Both the position numbers and the translations under genes were made by a program. Of a stretch of 64,000 bases of DNA, positions 63,301 to 64,000 are shown piece after piece. Location: assembly GCA_001949185.1 (NCBI GenBank), contig BDGG01000001.1:4825624-4889623 (forward strand), in the 5' to 3' direction. Positions within the stretch are counted from its first letter, which is position 1. Every line of letters starts with the position of its first letter. The DNA is from Ramazzottius varieornatus (taxonomy: Eukaryota; Animalia; Tardigrada). The notes beneath the pieces are model-generated. The model worked only from the letters and a program-made list of their open reading frames with translations. It did no database searches and was not told the DNA's origin.

Positions 63301-64000
63301 GTAATGTACTTTGCCGTCGGGAACTCGCCGTTGTAGACCTGCACCGTCAAGGCGTAGTCGCCGGGACCGTTAAACCAGTGCTTGTAATAATACAAGTAAC
63401 GCTCGCTCGGCGTCTGCAGTGTCACTTCAATGCGGGTCCGTGCTCGAATGGCGTCCGAAGCGGCAGGAGTGTAGACGGGCTCGGTGGCGTCGAAGTAAAA
63501 ACGGTCACCCATGTTGAAGTAAAACCTGGCTTTGTCACCCAAACTGGCGCACTGCAGGACGTAGGTCACGTACCGGCCAGCTATGATGCGAACTTCCGAA
63601 GCGGTCACCGTACACCGATCCGCACCCTCTAAAAGTTAAACAAGACGCTAGTGGAAATCGTTGTATAACTGGCTGACATAACCGTAGAAAAAGCTGATCA
63701 TCGCTTCAGTGTTCACAGGGAGAAGAAATTTCGCGTTTGGCTGTAACACAAAAATCTCGCGCGTGTCAAACCGCGCACAGTGCCGTGGTAAGTAATGTTT
63801 ACTGATTTTTCTTCCCCGCTATTTTTATATTGGAGACGAATAATGGAATGGCGGGGGTACTTACTTATGTCACAGTGTTGTCCCACATAGCCAGGCGCAC
63901 ACGTACACGTATACGACAACGGCACCGGGTTACAGGTCGCTCCGTTCAAGCACGGACTGGATGAACATAAGTCGATGGGTGTCAAGCAGTCCGGCAAAGC
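51394..64000 (-). CDS. Polycystin-1-like (PKD1/PKD1L/REJ family) multi-exon gene, 5' end outside the window
   Basis: About 20 exons in canonical domain order: EGF (63865-64000, CSSSPCLNGATC..CTCAPGYVGQHC); REJ (e.g. NEPPSGGICIVDPTEGYELETLFDVEC); GPS (CMYW..WSTQGC, CDCDHTSVF); TM1; PLAT (YVLTVSTG..AGTSAKV, FETGGEDSFL, WHNG..PSW, FLPDRWLS); HLWISIF..FTRAQRATC; TOP/channel (YKGGGY, WIDDLTRAIF..YNP, WNWLE). Stop at 51394-96. Confidence 0.95.
54040..54131. repeat. AGTGGCGC palindromic module, 1 unit, in PKD1-like intron
   Basis: Arms at 54055 and 54092, 29-nt spacer. Confidence 0.85.
54736..55002. repeat. AGTGGCGC palindromic module, 3 tandem units (period 79 and 77), in PKD1-like intron
   Basis: Arms 54768/54805 (degenerate), 54847/54884 (agtggctc/gagccact) and 54924/54961. 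All spacers 29 nt. Confidence 0.85.
57811..58231. mobile_element. MITE family, copy 2, in PKD1-like intron
   Basis: TIR ggtttcggcagtccaatttttggcacatt / aatgtgccaaaaattgggctgccgaaacc. Homologous to 26166-26644. Confidence 0.9.
61386..61480. repeat. AGTGGCGC palindromic module, 1 unit, in PKD1-like intron (61333-61496)
   Basis: Arms agtagcgc 61415 and gcaccact 61452, 29-nt spacer. Confidence 0.75.
62528..62716. repeat. AGTGGCGC palindromic module, 2 tandem units (period 79), in PKD1-like intron
   Basis: Arms 62560/62596 (28-nt spacer) and 62639/62676 (29-nt spacer). Confidence 0.85.

Noticed and set aside
1-64000. tRNA or rRNA genes, and prokaryotic operons
   Set aside because: None recognised by eye. 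Many listed ORFs start at GTG/TTG and are exon fragments. A tRNAscan/Infernal run would be needed to exclude small RNAs.

Overview
Eukaryotic (invertebrate-type) genomic DNA of roughly mid-40s % GC with short GT-AG introns, so the six-frame ORF track mostly shows exon fragments and antisense shadows. The species cannot be determined from the sequence. The first ~50 kb is dense in transposons: a pogo-type element (TA TSD, intron-containing degenerate transposase), a Tc1 DD34E element with 90-bp TIRs, a Harbinger-type element carrying only its Myb-like ORF, a decayed Helitron Rep/Pif1, Ty3/Gypsy remnants split by a 50-N gap, a CRE-like RLE fragment, and many MITEs (three hAT-type with 8-bp TSDs, several nested). 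Host genes are a Thr/Pro mucin exon, a small three-exon Ly6/three-finger gene, an RPS28 pseudogene fragment and a class A GPCR pseudogene. A long, apparently intact polycystin-1-like gene (EGF-REJ-GPS-PLAT-channel) runs on the minus strand from beyond 64000 to 51394. The most unusual signal is a dispersed palindromic module, AGTGGCGC-N28/29-GCGCCACT. It occurs 11 times at 7 non-coding, mostly intronic loci, with near-invariant spacing, diverged spacers in either orientation and one compensatory arm change. All calls were made by eye, with no database searches.
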